In this document: positions 1 to 12,246 of the stretch, one piece after another
How positions within the stretch are numbered: position 1 is the first letter of the stretch
Layout of the letters: each line of letters begins with the position of its first letter
NCBI GenBank assembly: GCA_963816145.1
Contig: CAWFJP010000030.1
Location: 288,001-352,000, forward strand
Length of the DNA stretch: 64,000 bases
Reading direction: 5' to 3'
Origin: an uncultured delta proteobacterium
Lineage (GTDB): Bacteria; Desulfobacterota; Binatia; UBA9968
Position numbers and translations under genes: made by a program
Notes under the pieces: model-generated
The model's database searches: none
What the model saw: only the letters and a program-made list of their open reading frames with translations
Told to the model about the DNA's origin: nothing

Positions 1-1
1 T

Positions 2-1613
2 CGGCGTTGGAACGAGCGCTGGAGCGATGTCAGCCTAGACGCAATATTCAAACGGCACGCACACGCCGTCGAGATCCTGGACCATCTGACGAAGATCAAG
101 CGCGGCGCGCTGACGCCGGCGGATCAACTCAACTACGACCTGTTCAAGAGAGATTATGAAAACGACGTCGAAGGATTTCAGTACCGCTGGTATTTGCTGC
201 CACTCAATCAGCTTGGCGGGGTTCATACCTTAAATCAACTAGTCGATGTGCTGCGTTTCCAGACGGTGAAAGATTACGACGACTGGATCGGCAGACTTAA
301 CGGATTACCGACACTTGTCGATCAGACCATCTACTCTGATGCGTTTGGGGATCAAAAACGGCATCGTTCACCCGAAGATCGTCCTGCAGCGCGTGCCAGC
401 CCAGATCGACCATCACATCGTCAACGATCCGAAGGCGAGTCTGTTTTATGCACCCTTCAAAAAGTTTCCGTCGCCGATAACTGCAGCGGACCGAGCACGG
501 CTCGCGCAAGCCGCCGAAAACGCCATCGCTAACGCCGTGATTCCAGCCTATCAGAGGTTGAAAGACTTTATCGTCAACGACTACCTCCCCGCTGCGCCTT
601 CTCAAGTGGGCATCTGGCAGTTCCCCGATGGAGCGGCGATGTACGCGTACGCCGCGCGCTCCAACAGCACGACGGATCTCGCGCCGCAGAAGATCCATGA
701 AATCGGTTTGGATGAGGTCAAGCGTATCCGTACCGAAATGCAAGCCATCATTGACAAGTTAGGCTTTAAGGGCTCATTCGGCGAATTTGCCAAGTTTCTG
801 CGCAACGATCCAAATTTTTACTTCAAAAGCGAGGCCGAGTTACTCGACGGTTACCGCGCCCTGAGCCGGCGCATCGATCCGTTGCTCGTAAAAATTTTTG
901 GCGTCCTGCCGCGCACGCCTTATGGCATCGAGCCGGTGCCGGCAAATATCGCACCCGATAGCCCCGTCGGCCTCTACCGCGGTCCGGCCGCCGACGGTTC
1001 CCGCGCCGGCATTTTCAGCGTCAATACGTTCAAACCGGAGATCAGACCGAAGTACGAAATGATGGCGCTATCGCTGCACGAAGGCGTGCCCGGACATCAC
1101 CTGCAAATTGCTCTGGCCATGGAGCAACAAGGCATCCCCAATTTTCGCCGTTACGGCGGCTACACGGCGTTTGTCGAAGGTTGGGGACTGTACGCGGAAT
1201 CGCTCGGCGATGAGATGGGTTTGTACGACGATCCCTATTCTAAATTCGGCCAGCTCATGTATGAAATCTGGCGCGCCAGCCGGCTGGTCGTCGACACCGG
1301 CATCCACTATTTCCATTGGGATCGACAGAAGGCCATCGACTTCATGCTGGAAAACACCGTGAAACAGGAATTGGAAGTGGCCGCTGAAATCGACCGCTAC
1401 ATCGTCTGGCCCGGCCAAGCGCTCGCTTACAAGATCGGTCAGCTGAAGATCTCTGAGCTGCGCGCCAAAGCCAAGCAAACTCTAGGCGACAAATTCGACA
1501 TCCGCCGCTTCCACGACGAAGTGCTCAGAGATGGCGCCATGCCGTTGGATCGGTTGGAGTCTAAGATGAATGCATGGCTCGCAAAGCAGCAACAATCGGA
1601 AACTAAACCGTAA
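2..1613 (+). CDS. DUF885 family protein (5'-partial; +1 frameshift near 331)
   Basis: Frame open from window edge (RRWNERWSDVS...DQTI) shifts at ACCATC-T-ACTCTGATG into the 315..1613 frame. C-terminal motifs HEGVPGHH, EGWGLYAE and PGQALAYKIG are typical of DUF885. Confidence 0.85.
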
Positions 1614-1711
1614 CGGCGCGAATCGACGTGACGAACGCTCGACGTCGACTTTACGCTAAGAGAGACTATGACCTGCCGAGTGATGCAAACGAAAAGAACT
1701 CGAAAGATTTT

Positions 1712-3637
1712 ATGACAGCCATCGTTTCCCCCTTCGGTTCATGGAAGTCGCCGATCACCGCCGAAATCGTCGGCAGCGGCGAGATCGGCCTGGAACAGCT
1801 ACGCATCGATGGCCATGACATCTATTGGATCGAGCGGCGCGCCCAGGAAGGCGGCCGTAAGGTAATCGTGCGGCGCTCTGCAACCGGAGAAATCATCGAT
1901 CTCACACCCGCGGGATTCAACGCGCGCACCCGCGTGCACGAATACGGCGGCGGCGATTACGCGGTTTCCAAAGAGACCATCGTCTTTTCCAACTTCGCCG
2001 ACCAACGGCTTTACCTCCAAGCCAATGACGCACAACCGCGGCCGCTAACCCCCAGTGCTGCGCACCGTTTTGCCGATGGACAATTCGATCGGCGAAGAAA
2101 TCTTTATTATACCGTCCGCGAGGATCATTCCGGTCATGGCGAAGCCATCAACACCTTGGCTACGCTCGACCTCGACAGCGACAATACCGGCACAATCATC
2201 CATTCGGGCAACGACTTCTATGCGTCGCCGCGTCTGCGTCCGGATGGTTCACAACTAGCCTGGCTCAGCTGGAACCATCCCAACATGCCCTGGGATGGCA
2301 CCGAGCTTTGGCTCGGGCAGTTAAACGGCGACGGCTCGGTGGGCGAGCGCCAGTGCATCGCCGGTGGCGCAAATGAATCCATCTGCCAGCCGCAATGGTC
2401 GCCCGACGGCACGCTCTATTTCATCTCCGATCGCAACGGCTGGTGGAATCTCCATCGCTGGAATGAAAATCAAATTGAAGCGCTCTGCCCAATGGAAGCG
2501 GAGTTCGGCCAACCGCAGTGGGTGTTTGGCGGTTCGCTCTACGGCTTCGCGTCCGAAAGGCAAATCATCTGTAGCTACAGCAAAAACGGCATTGATCATC
2601 TCGCCACACTGGACGTGGCCACCAAGATATTGCGCGATATCGAACTGCCGTATACGGCAATTTCCCAAGTTCGCGTTGCTGGAGGGCGCGTCCTCTTCAT
2701 CGGCGCATGCGGAACGGAAAGCAGCGCGGTTATCGCACTGGATCTATCAACGCGACAGTTCGAAGTTTTGCGCAGATCGCGCGATACGGCTGTCGACGCC
2801 GGCTATCTTTCCGAAGCGAGAGCCATCGAATTCCCAACCGAACAGGGTTTAACCGCGCACGGCTATTTCTACCCGCCGAAGAATTGCGACTACGCCGCGC
2901 CGGCAAACGACAAACCACCGCTACTGGTCATGAGCCATGGCGGGCCGACCTCTTCCAGCTCCGCATCCTTGAAATATTCGATTCAGTATTGGACCAGCCG
3001 CGGCATCGCCGTGCTTGACGTCAACTATGGCGGCAGCGCCGGCTACGGTCGGGCGTACCGAGAACGATTGAACGGAAGCTGGGGCATTATTGACGTCGAC
3101 GACTGCGCCAACGGCGCGCGCTACCTCGCAGAGCGCGGCGAAGTCGACGCCAATCGCCTCGCGATCCGCGGCGGCAGTGCCGGCGGCTATACGACGCTGT
3201 GCGCGCTCACATTCCGCAATGTTTTCAAGGCCGGCGCCAGCCACTACGGCATCAGCGACTTGGAAGCCCTAGTGAAAGACACGCACAAATTCGAGTCGCG
3301 CTATTGCGACAGGCTCATCGGACCCTACCCTGAGCGACGCGACCTCTACGTCGCGCGTTCGCCGATCCATTTCACGAAGAAATTAAATTGCCCCATGATC
3401 ATCTTCCAAGGTTTGGAAGATAAAGTCGTGCCGCCCAACCAAGCCGAGATAATGGTCGCCGCCGTCCGCGCCAAGAAACTCCCTGTCGCCTATCTGACGT
3501 TCGAAGGCGAACAGCACGGCTTCCGCAAAGCCGAGAACATCAAGCGCGTGCTGGAGGCGGAGCTGTATTTCTACTCGAAGGTGTTCGGGTTCGAATTGGC
3601 CGATCCGATCGAGCCGGTCGAGATCGAGAACCTTTAA
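1712..3637 (+). CDS. S9 family peptidase (prolyl oligopeptidase/acylaminoacyl peptidase-like)
   Basis: N-terminal PFGSWKSPIT, propeller region, HGGP, nucleophile GGSAGG, QGLEDKVV and EGEQHGF triad. ATG at 1712 preferred over GTG at 1628. Confidence 0.92.
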   Translation: MTAIVSPFGSWKSPITAEIVGSGEIGLEQLRIDGHDIYWIERRAQEGGRKVIVRRSATGEIIDLTPAGFNARTRVHEYGGGDYAVSKETIVFSNFADQRLYLQANDAQPRPLTPSAAHRFADGQFDRRRNLYYTVREDHSGHGEAINTLATLDLDSDNTGTIIHSGNDFYASPRLRPDGSQLAWLSWNHPNMPWDGTELWLGQLNGDGSVGERQCIAGGANESICQPQWSPDGTLYFISDRNGWWNLHRWNENQIEALCPMEAEFGQPQWVFGGSLYGFASERQIICSYSKNGIDHLATLDVATKILRDIELPYTAISQVRVAGGRVLFIGACGTESSAVIALDLSTRQFEVLRRSRDTAVDAGYLSEARAIEFPTEQGLTAHGYFYPPKNCDYAAPANDKPPLLVMSHGGPTSSSSASLKYSIQYWTSRGIAVLDVNYGGSAGYGRAYRERLNGSWGIIDVDDCANGARYLAERGEVDANRLAIRGGSAGGYTTLCALTFRNVFKAGASHYGISDLEALVKDTHKFESRYCDRLIGPYPERRDLYVARSPIHFTKKLNCPMIIFQGLEDKVVPPNQAEIMVAAVRAKKLPVAYLTFEGEQHGFRKAENIKRVLEAELYFYSKVFGFELADPIEPVEIENL

Positions 3638-3751
3638 ACTGCGCGCTCGGTTTCGCAACTCGATTTTTTCGTCATTCCGGGCAAGCTGGCGATGGCTAGC
3701 GCGACCCGAAATCCGGCGAGGAGGCGCGGCGGTCCCGGACTTCCCTCCGCT

Positions 3752-3883
3752 GAGGCTGTGTCGTAATGCGCAAATGCCCCGCATCTGTCATCCCGAGCGC
3801 GGCGAGGGATCTCGTGTTCTCAGTCACATACGAAGAAGAGATTCCTCGGCTTCACCTCGGAATGACAGTTGCGAGACAGTCTC
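3752..3883. mobile_element. 132-bp MITE-like element, family A copy 1
   Basis: Imperfect terminal inverted repeats GAGGCTGTGTCGTAAT / GTTGCGAGACAGTCTC (12/16). Internal CTGTCATCCCGAG...CTCGGAATGACAG palindrome. Colinear, highly similar copy at 35719..35850. Confidence 0.75.
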
Positions 3884-4068
3884 CCCAGCGGGTTGGCGCA
3901 AGCCACCAGCTATCTGTGTTAACATGAGTCCATAGATTCCCGGTTGGGAACCAAGTCAATGAAGGTTATGCGACACGACACACCAGCGAGCTTTCTCGGT
4001 CGGGCAAAAAATCGGCGACCGAGCGGTTTGCGAAGTGCAGGATTGGATCTTTGAATCGAAGGCTATCC

Positions 4069-5262
4069 ATGTACGATGTAACCAGACACGAACCGCTTAT
4101 TGAGGCAGAATGGAATCAGGAACTGGCACTTGCGGCGATCGATCGGATCATCCGAGATACTCACGCGCGGTTTGATCGGCAACAACTTTGGCCAATTCAC
4201 CCTCTCGACAAAATATCCGACGAACCGACAAAGCCTTTCAGGATGCTCTATTTCGGCGCGGCAGGAGTGATATGGGCGCTGGACTACTTACGGGTCGCTG
4301 GGGCGACCGCGATGCAACGCGATTTCAAAGACACGCTCATCGACCTTGCCGCGAAGAATCGTGCCGAAATGCAGCTGCGTGCCCCGCACACCTACTCGTA
4401 CCTCATGGGCGATGTCGGGATTCAACTAGTGCAATGGCGCCTCTCGCCCAGCGATGTTTTGGCGGATCAAATCTTTCAAGCCGTCGAGGCCAACGTGGCC
4501 AACCCAGCGAGGGAATTTATGTGGGGCGCGCCAGGAACTATGCTAGCTGCGCTCTTTATGTTTGAAGCGAGCGGAGCTACGCGCTGGAAGGAAGTTTATT
4601 TGCAAAGCGTTGAACAACTCGTTGGCGAACTTAGAAAGAACGAGGAGCGCAACTGCTACGTCTGGATCCAGCACCTCTATGGCCGGTCGAGCGTGTATCT
4701 TGGAGCGGTTCACGGTTTTGCAGCAAATATTTTTTCAATCATCAAAGGTCGCAAATATCTTGACTCACAGACCCTATCACTCGTCGAGTCACGGGCTCGG
4801 GAAACCGCCGCACGTAGCGCGCAAACCGATTATGTCTGCGCCAATTGGCCCGCGGACCTGGGTGGCACAAGCAAACTCGTTCAACATTGTCATGGCGCGC
4901 CCGGCATGATCACCTGCCTTGCGGACTTGCCGTCCGGCCCGGCCGAGGAATTCGATCGATTGCTGATAAAAGCCGGCGAACTTATATGGCAAGCCGGCCC
5001 GTTGACGAAAGGCCCAAACCTCTGTCACGGCACCGCTGGCAACGGCTATGCTTTTTTAAAACTCTATCGGAGAACCGGCGACACGAAGTGGCTCGAACGC
5101 GCCCGCGCATTTGCGACGCACGCCATTGACCAGAGTGAGCGGCATGCCCAAAACTTCGGCCAGCGGCGTTACTCGCTTTGGACCGGCGACCTTGGGCTTG
5201 CCGTCTATCTGTGGGACTGCATGAGCGGCGAAGCTCGGTTTCCAACCATGGATATTTTCTGA
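4069..5262 (+). CDS. stand-alone LanC-like (lanthionine synthetase C-like) protein
   Basis: LYFGAAG, GAVHGFAAN, QHCHGAPG and NLCHGTAGNG zinc-binding motifs, SLWTG end motif. Confidence 0.88.
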   Translation: MYDVTRHEPLIEAEWNQELALAAIDRIIRDTHARFDRQQLWPIHPLDKISDEPTKPFRMLYFGAAGVIWALDYLRVAGATAMQRDFKDTLIDLAAKNRAEMQLRAPHTYSYLMGDVGIQLVQWRLSPSDVLADQIFQAVEANVANPAREFMWGAPGTMLAALFMFEASGATRWKEVYLQSVEQLVGELRKNEERNCYVWIQHLYGRSSVYLGAVHGFAANIFSIIKGRKYLDSQTLSLVESRARETAARSAQTDYVCANWPADLGGTSKLVQHCHGAPGMITCLADLPSGPAEEFDRLLIKAGELIWQAGPLTKGPNLCHGTAGNGYAFLKLYRRTGDTKWLERARAFATHAIDQSERHAQNFGQRRYSLWTGDLGLAVYLWDCMSGEARFPTMDIF

Positions 5263-5966
5263 TGAAGATCTGCGCGGTCATCTTCGACTTATTCGGCACC
5301 ATCGTCGAGGACTTCGCCGCGGCTTCGGCTGGTTCGAACCATGCCGAATTTCCGGCAGCGCTGGGCGTAGCCTACGATCCTTTTATGCAACACTGGCGAC
5401 AACTAACGAACCGGCGGAGCCTGGGCGAATTTCAAACCATCGAAGCGAGCATCGAGCATGTTTGCAATATCATCGGCGCAAGGGTAACTGCCGAGCAAAT
5501 GACGAAAGCTGTCGCAATCCGCTTGCAACTAACCCGACGCGCGCTGACGCCACGAGCCGACGCGGTCACAACTCTGGCACAACTAAGAAACGACGGCTTC
5601 AAGATCGGCCTGCTCAGCAATTGCTCCATCGAAATCCCCATGGTCTGGCCTGAGACGGAATTTGCCGACCTGTTTCATGCCACAATCTTATCCAGCCGGG
5701 AGCGGATCAAGAAACCTGCGCGGCAGATCTATATGCTCGCCTGCGAACGCCTCGGCGTCGAACCTGAAGAATGCATCTACGTCGCCGACGGAGAAAATCA
5801 CGAACTCAGAGCCGCCGCCGATTTCGGCATGAACCCGGTATTGATACGAGCGAATTCGCATCAGCCTCAAGGTGAAGTGCGCCAGGAGGCGCGGGAGTGG
5901 CAAGGCCTGACGATTTCAACTCTGTCGGAAATTTTGCGCCTTACCGACAAGAACAACGCTTGGTGA
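5262..5966 (+). CDS. HAD-superfamily hydrolase
   Basis: AVIFDLFGT motif I, LLSN, KKP, YVADG. Start overlaps the LanC-like stop (TGATG). Confidence 0.88.
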   Translation: MKICAVIFDLFGTIVEDFAAASAGSNHAEFPAALGVAYDPFMQHWRQLTNRRSLGEFQTIEASIEHVCNIIGARVTAEQMTKAVAIRLQLTRRALTPRADAVTTLAQLRNDGFKIGLLSNCSIEIPMVWPETEFADLFHATILSSRERIKKPARQIYMLACERLGVEPEECIYVADGENHELRAAADFGMNPVLIRANSHQPQGEVRQEAREWQGLTISTLSEILRLTDKNNAW

Positions 5967-5990
5967 CTTCGGTATGCTTAGTCCTTGCCT

Positions 5991-6482
5991 ATGATCATCC
6001 GCGATGCCACGGAAAGCGATCTGCCGGAAATAATCGCCATCTACAACGCATCGGTTCCCGGGCGTACCGCCACCGCCGATACGCAACCGGTCACAGTTGA
6101 GAGTCGACGAGCCTGGTTTCATGAACATCATCCAACCACGCGCCCGCTTTGGGTCGCTACTGAAAATAACGCCGTCGCCGGCTGGCTCAGCTTCCAATCG
6201 TACTACGGGCGGCCTGCCTATCATGCCACTGCTGAGATGAGCATTTACGTCGCCGCGGATTTTCAGCGTAAGGGAATTGGCAACGCGCTCCTGGCCAAGG
6301 CGATCGAGCATGGGCCACGATTGGGATTGAAGACTCTCCTCGGCTTTATCTTCGGTCACAACGTCGCGAGCCTGCGGCTGTTCGAGACGCTCGGCTTTCA
6401 ACGTTGGGGCGTTTTGCCGCGCGTCGCCGAGATCGACGGCGTCGAGCGCGATCTAATCATTGTCGGCCGTCGAACAGCCTAG
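5991..6482 (+). CDS. GNAT N-acetyltransferase (phosphinothricin/methionine sulfoximine acetyltransferase-like)
   Basis: IYNASV..TATAD, RPAYHATAEMSIYV, QRKGIG acetyl-CoA loop, NVASLRLF. Confidence 0.9.
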   Translation: MIIRDATESDLPEIIAIYNASVPGRTATADTQPVTVESRRAWFHEHHPTTRPLWVATENNAVAGWLSFQSYYGRPAYHATAEMSIYVAADFQRKGIGNALLAKAIEHGPRLGLKTLLGFIFGHNVASLRLFETLGFQRWGVLPRVAEIDGVERDLIIVGRRTA

Positions 6483-6491
6483 CCGCGACCA

Positions 6492-7214
6492 TTGGATAAC
6501 TACGACAAATTTTTCAAATTCTACGACCGGGTCATGGGCGATCGATCGCAGGCTGCGAACTATATTGCCAATCTAATCGAACACTATCACCCAAACGCAA
6601 AAACGCTGTTGGAAATTGGCTGCGGCACCGGCGGACTATTGGGCCGGTTTTCAGAATCCTACGATGTCACCGGCCTCGATCGCTCTCGGCCCATGCTCGC
6701 GATCGCGCGACAAAGATTGCCGCATATTCGCCTGCTCCGGCAGGATATGACGAGTTTCCAAATCAATCGCCGATTTGACGCCGTGGTCTGCGCCTTCGAC
6801 TCGATCAATCACTTACATCGGTTTTCCGACTGGAAGAAAACCTTTCGCTGCGTCGCCGCCCATCTCAATGCCGGCGGCGTTTTTGTCTTTGACGTGAATA
6901 CTATCGGCAAACTGCAACGTTTGGTCAAAGGCCCGCCGTGGGTTAAACAGTTCGGGCGGGATCTAGTGATCATCAAAGTAAACGGTGGGCGTGCCGGCGT
7001 CTTCGCATGGGACGTGAAAATCTTTGAGCACCAAAAAAGAGACGACTATAAACTCATCGGCGAGACTATCGAAGAAACCGCCTATCCGATGCAGCGCATT
7101 TTAACTTCTTTGCGAAGCTATTTTCGACAAGTCAAAGCGTTCGACCCCGAAGGCGCGCGGCCATCGGATCAGTCGGAGCGGTTGTATTTCGTGGGCAACG
7201 CCGGACCTGATTGA
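6492..7214 (+). CDS. class I SAM-dependent methyltransferase
   Basis: LLEIGCGTG, VTGLDRS, QDM, FDAVVC..DSINH, HLNAGGVFVFD. TTG start. Confidence 0.88.
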   Translation: MDNYDKFFKFYDRVMGDRSQAANYIANLIEHYHPNAKTLLEIGCGTGGLLGRFSESYDVTGLDRSRPMLAIARQRLPHIRLLRQDMTSFQINRRFDAVVCAFDSINHLHRFSDWKKTFRCVAAHLNAGGVFVFDVNTIGKLQRLVKGPPWVKQFGRDLVIIKVNGGRAGVFAWDVKIFEHQKRDDYKLIGETIEETAYPMQRILTSLRSYFRQVKAFDPEGARPSDQSERLYFVGNAGPD

Positions 7215-7295
7215 GAACAAAGGCCAACTGTGGCGAGTTGGCCCCTTCGGCGCTTAAGTTTTGCCGCGGCGGTGTGTTATGCTGCCGCTCTGAAA

Positions 7296-7482
7296 ACCGG
7301 ATGGCCCTCGGCCTTAAGCCAAGGAGATTGAATTTGTCGACTGGAAGACGTCTCCTCCTTTCGTCATTCCGGCGCAGGCCGGAATCCAGGTTTTTTTGGC
7401 CTTGTAGCACAAGTGCCGGCATGACAAACCTTTTCTTCGCCTGAAGGCGCGGGATTTCAACCATCCCCGAAAGGGACATTAA
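7296..7482. mobile_element. non-autonomous palindromic element, family B copy 1
   Basis: CCCTCGGCCTTAAGCC...GTCATTCCGGCGCAGGCCGGAATCC...GCCTGAAGGCGCGGGATTTCAACCATCCCCGAAAGGGACATTAA. Homologous to 50154..50384 and 52376..52602. Confidence 0.75.
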
Positions 7483-7502
7483 TTTTGAAGTAGGCGCTTA
7501 CA

Positions 7503-8675
<1,173 letters not shown>

Positions 8676-8759
8676 AAATTACCGTGACCGTGTTCGTGGT
8701 TCGTGATCGTGCCGGAAAGAACTCGATCGGTTTATTCGTAATCTAGAAGGAAATTTTCG

Positions 8760-9932
8760 ATGAACCAACAGCTCGCCAATTTTTTAGTCAAGGGCGGCCG
8801 CCTCATCGACCCCGAGGGGAGCCATGATGGCTCGTTAGACATTCGCGTTCGCGACGGCAAGATTGACGCTATCGGCGCGAATCTCGCTGCTGGCGGTGCC
8901 GTTGTTATCGACGCCAAGGATTGCGTCGTCACGCCCGGATTGATCGACGTCCACCTCCACTTGATGAAAGGCCTTGGCGCCTTCGGTGTCGACCCGGATA
9001 TTTTCGGCGTTGGCTCCGGCGTGACGACTGTCGTCGACGCCGGCAGCGCCGGCCACACGCTGCTCAATGTATTTCGTAACTACGTCACCGACAACGCCAA
9101 GACCCGCGTGCTCAATTACATCAATCTGTCGACCCTTGGCGGCGTCAGCGGCCCCGGCTATAGCATCCTCGCCGACCCGCGTTTGATCGATGAAGCGAAG
9201 ATCGAGCAGGCGGTCGAAGCCAACCGCGACATCATTGTCGGCATCAAGATCATCGCCACCGGCGGCGCGCTGGGAGTTCAAGGATTAAAACCGCTCGAGC
9301 GCGCCCGCAAGCTGGGCGATTCGCTCAAAATCCCTTTGCTAATTCATATCGGCGAGAGCTGGACCAAAGGCACCGAACCGATCGCCATCGGCGACGTGCT
9401 CAAGTACCTCGTCCCCGGCGACATCATCACGCATATGTTCACCGTGCACCCGGGCGGTTTGCTCGACGCCAACGGCAAACTGTGGCCACAAGTACGCGAT
9501 GCCAAGGCAACCGGCGTACTCATGGACGTGGGCCATGGGCTGCACAATTTGAACTTCGACGTGGCGCGCAAAGTGCTCGACCAGGGGCTTCAGCCCGACG
9601 GCGTCTCCACCGACGGCCACCGCGGCAACCGCTCCGGCCCGGTGTACGATCTACCGACGACCATGGCTAAACTTATGGCGCTGGGGTTCTCTCTGAATCA
9701 GGTCGTCGAGATGGCAACGGCGAACGCCGCGAAACTGCTCGGACGAGCCGGCCAACTCGGCACCCTGCGCGCTGGCGATTCAGCGGAGATCTCGGTTTTG
9801 AAAATTGAAGACCGCGAGTGGCAGGCACTCGACTCGCAGAAGGGAATGATCCCCGCCAAGCAGACCATTACACCAGTCTATGCCATCCGCGGCGATATGA
9901 TCTACGAACCACTCCCGGCAAACAGACCATGA
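8760..9932 (+). CDS. amidohydrolase/deacetylase family metallohydrolase (dihydroorotase-like)
   Basis: PGLIDVHLH, GVTTVVDAGSAG, IVGIK, IHIG, THMF, DVGHG, STD. Confidence 0.88.
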   Translation: MNQQLANFLVKGGRLIDPEGSHDGSLDIRVRDGKIDAIGANLAAGGAVVIDAKDCVVTPGLIDVHLHLMKGLGAFGVDPDIFGVGSGVTTVVDAGSAGHTLLNVFRNYVTDNAKTRVLNYINLSTLGGVSGPGYSILADPRLIDEAKIEQAVEANRDIIVGIKIIATGGALGVQGLKPLERARKLGDSLKIPLLIHIGESWTKGTEPIAIGDVLKYLVPGDIITHMFTVHPGGLLDANGKLWPQVRDAKATGVLMDVGHGLHNLNFDVARKVLDQGLQPDGVSTDGHRGNRSGPVYDLPTTMAKLMALGFSLNQVVEMATANAAKLLGRAGQLGTLRAGDSAEISVLKIEDREWQALDSQKGMIPAKQTITPVYAIRGDMIYEPLPANRP

Positions 9933-9941
9933 AGAAGGAAC

Positions 9942-10034
9942 GGCCGCAAAGAACTCATAGGACGCAAAAAAACTAATGGCGGGTGTTGAACCCGTCATTA
10001 CTGAGCATTTGCGCTTTTTGCGTTCTTTGCGGCC
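9942..10034. repeat. inverted repeat built from ~9-bp units between convergent genes
   Basis: GGCCGCAAAGAAC...GACGCAAAA versus TTTGCGC-TTTTTGCG-TTCTTTGCGGCC. Confidence 0.65.
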
Positions 10035-10042
10035 AACCAATC

Positions 10043-11500
10043 CTATCTTTTTCTCCGCGTCGTCGTGCTGCCGAAGATCGATCCCAACACACCGCGCATG
10101 ATCTCTCGTCCAACTTGACTGCCGATCGCTCGCGCCGCGCTCGTTCCCAACGCGCCGAGCAGTTTCCCGGCCTCTCCTTGCCATCCGCTACCGCTTTGCC
10201 CCGGTGCTTGCCCGGCTTCAGCCTGCGGCGTACGCGTTTTGAGCATCTCGTAAGCCGAATCGCGATCGACGATCTTTTCGTAGTGACCGTACAGTGTCGA
10301 CTGTTTGACGACCTGCTCGCGTTCGCCGGCGGCCAGCGGCGGCAGTTGGCTTTGCGGCGGATAGATCAGCGCGCGCTCAACCGGCGTCGGTTGCCCTTTG
10401 TCGTTAAGAAACGATACAAGCGCCTCGCCGACGCCAAGCTCGGTGATCACCGATTCCACATCGACGTTCTTGTTCTGCCGAAAAGTCGTCGCGGCCGCCT
10501 TGACAGCTTTTTGATCGCGCGGCGTGAAGGCGCGCAGCGCGTGCTGCACGCGATTGCCGAGTTGGCCGAGCACAACCTCGGGCACGTCGAGTGGATTTTG
10601 CGTTACGAAATAGACGCCGATGCCCTTGGAACGGATCAGGCGGATTACTTGCTCGATCTTCTCCAGCAAGACATTGGGGGCATCGTTAAACAGCAGATGC
10701 GCCTCATCGAAGAAAAACGCCAATTTGGGCTTCTCCGGATCCCCCACCTCCGGCAAGCGCTCGAATAACTCGGATAACAGCCAGAGCAAGAAAGTCGCGT
10801 ACAGCTTGGGGGCATTGATGAGCTTATCGGCGGTGAGAATGTTGATGATTCCGCGCCCTTGGCTATCGGTCTGCATCATGTCGTCCAGATCGAGGGCCGG
10901 CTCGCCGAAGAACTTGTCGCCGCCCTGCTCTTCGAGCGCCAGCAAGCCGCGCTGGATCGCGCCGACGCTCGCCGCCGAGACATTGCCGTACTGGGTTTTA
11001 AACTGCGCCGCATTGTCACCGACATGCTGCAGCATGGCGCGCAGGTCTTTCAAATCGAGCAGCAGCATGCCGTTGTCGTCGGCGATCTTGAAGACCATCG
11101 CCAGCACGCCGCTCTGGGTCTCGTTTAAATTGAGCAGGCGCGCCATCAGCAGCGGCCCCATGTCGGAAATCGTCGTCCGCACCGGATGGCCCTGTTCGCC
11201 GAAAACATCCCAAAATGCCACCGTATAGGCGGCAAATTGAAATCCGTCGATGGCGAGCTTGTCGAGCCGTTCACTAATTTTTGGGTTCGCCGCGCCGGCC
11301 CGGGCGAGCCCCGACAAATCGCCCTTCACATCGGCCATGAATACCGGCACGCCGATCCGGCTGAACCCTTCTGCGATCACGCGGAGCGTCACCGTCTTGC
11401 CGGTGCCGGTGGCGCCGGCGATCAGCCCATGGCGGTTCGCCATTCGCGGCAGAAGCACCAGATCGTTGTCCCCCTTGGCAATCGTAAGAACATCCGACAT
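10043..11500 (-). CDS. DUF853/HerA-like P-loop ATPase (YjgR family)
   Basis: [14 protein letters not shown] Walker [20 protein letters not shown] Walker [28 protein letters not shown]. Confidence 0.92.
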   Translation of the reverse strand: MSDVLTIAKGDNDLVLLPRMANRHGLIAGATGTGKTVTLRVIAEGFSRIGVPVFMADVKGDLSGLARAGAANPKISERLDKLAIDGFQFAAYTVAFWDVFGEQGHPVRTTISDMGPLLMARLLNLNETQSGVLAMVFKIADDNGMLLLDLKDLRAMLQHVGDNAAQFKTQYGNVSAASVGAIQRGLLALEEQGGDKFFGEPALDLDDMMQTDSQGRGIINILTADKLINAPKLYATFLLWLLSELFERLPEVGDPEKPKLAFFFDEAHLLFNDAPNVLLEKIEQVIRLIRSKGIGVYFVTQNPLDVPEVVLGQLGNRVQHALRAFTPRDQKAVKAAATTFRQNKNVDVESVITELGVGEALVSFLNDKGQPTPVERALIYPPQSQLPPLAAGEREQVVKQSTLYGHYEKIVDRDSAYEMLKTRTPQAEAGQAPGQSGSGWQGEAGKLLGALGTSAARAIGSQVGREIMRGVLGSIFGSTTTRRKR

Positions 11501-11724
11501 GGAAATAACCTCCCAGAATTCAATAACTTAGGCTCATGGGCGGCCGTTATTTAGCTTAAGCATTGAAGCCGTTTCATATATAGACTCATCCGGAGTGAAT
11601 GGAAAGCCGGTAGCGCGCGTCCAAGTCACCAGAATGAGGTCGATTACATCGGGTCGAGCGGAGGGCGATGCAGTCAAGGCTTCATTCAAAAATCAACAAC
11701 AACATTTTTAAGGGGGATTCACGA

Positions 11725-11949
11725 GTGAAAAGAATTTTGAGCGTATTTATTACTTCGATGTTTTTGGCCTCTGCCGCATTTGCCGCCGATGCTACGAAGG
11801 ACGAGAAGAAGACCGAACCAGCCAAGGCGAAAGCCAGCGACACTAAGGGTGAGGCCAAATCCACTGAGAAGAAGGCCGATGGCAAGGCGAAAGCCAGCGG
11901 CGCCAAAGCCGACGCTAAGAGCGACGAGAAAAAAGCCGCCACTAAGTAA
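11725..11949 (+). CDS. small secreted Lys/Ala-rich low-complexity protein
   Basis: AGGGGG RBS, GTG start, signal peptide ending AFA, K/A/D/E-rich tail, followed by a terminator. Confidence 0.8.
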   Translation: MKRILSVFITSMFLASAAFAADATKDEKKTEPAKAKASDTKGEAKSTEKKADGKAKASGAKADAKSDEKKAATK

Positions 11950-11970
11950 GCATTTTTCTGGGTTGTCTCA

Positions 11971-12007
11971 AGAGCAAGGTGTCCCTCCCCACCTTGCTCT
12001 TTTTTTT
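11971..12007 (+). terminator. Rho-independent terminator
   Basis: AGAGCAAGGTG-loop-CACCTTGCTCT followed by a T run. Confidence 0.85.
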
Positions 12008-12246
12008 GCCCATCGACCTTTCGCCCGCGTTAAATACGATCAGCTGCTTCGAAGCGCCATCATTCGCGGCGCACTGACCGCGACTCAATGGGATTATTCG
12101 TGAGAGTCCTGTGGATGGCACTGTAACTTTGAATCACTATCAGATATGTTCGTCTATACTATTAGTTGCATGGTTCATGCGTGGTGGAGGGGACGCATGG
12201 GCGGGTTAAAGAATTTACCCAAAACAAATCCTAGGAGGATTGATCG

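Noticed and set aside
3959-4054. 31-aa ORF (MKVMRHDTPASFLGRAKNRRPSGLRSAGLDL) upstream of the LanC-like gene as a lanthipeptide precursor
   Set aside because: It has no cysteine and no leader motif, and there is no dehydratase in the window.
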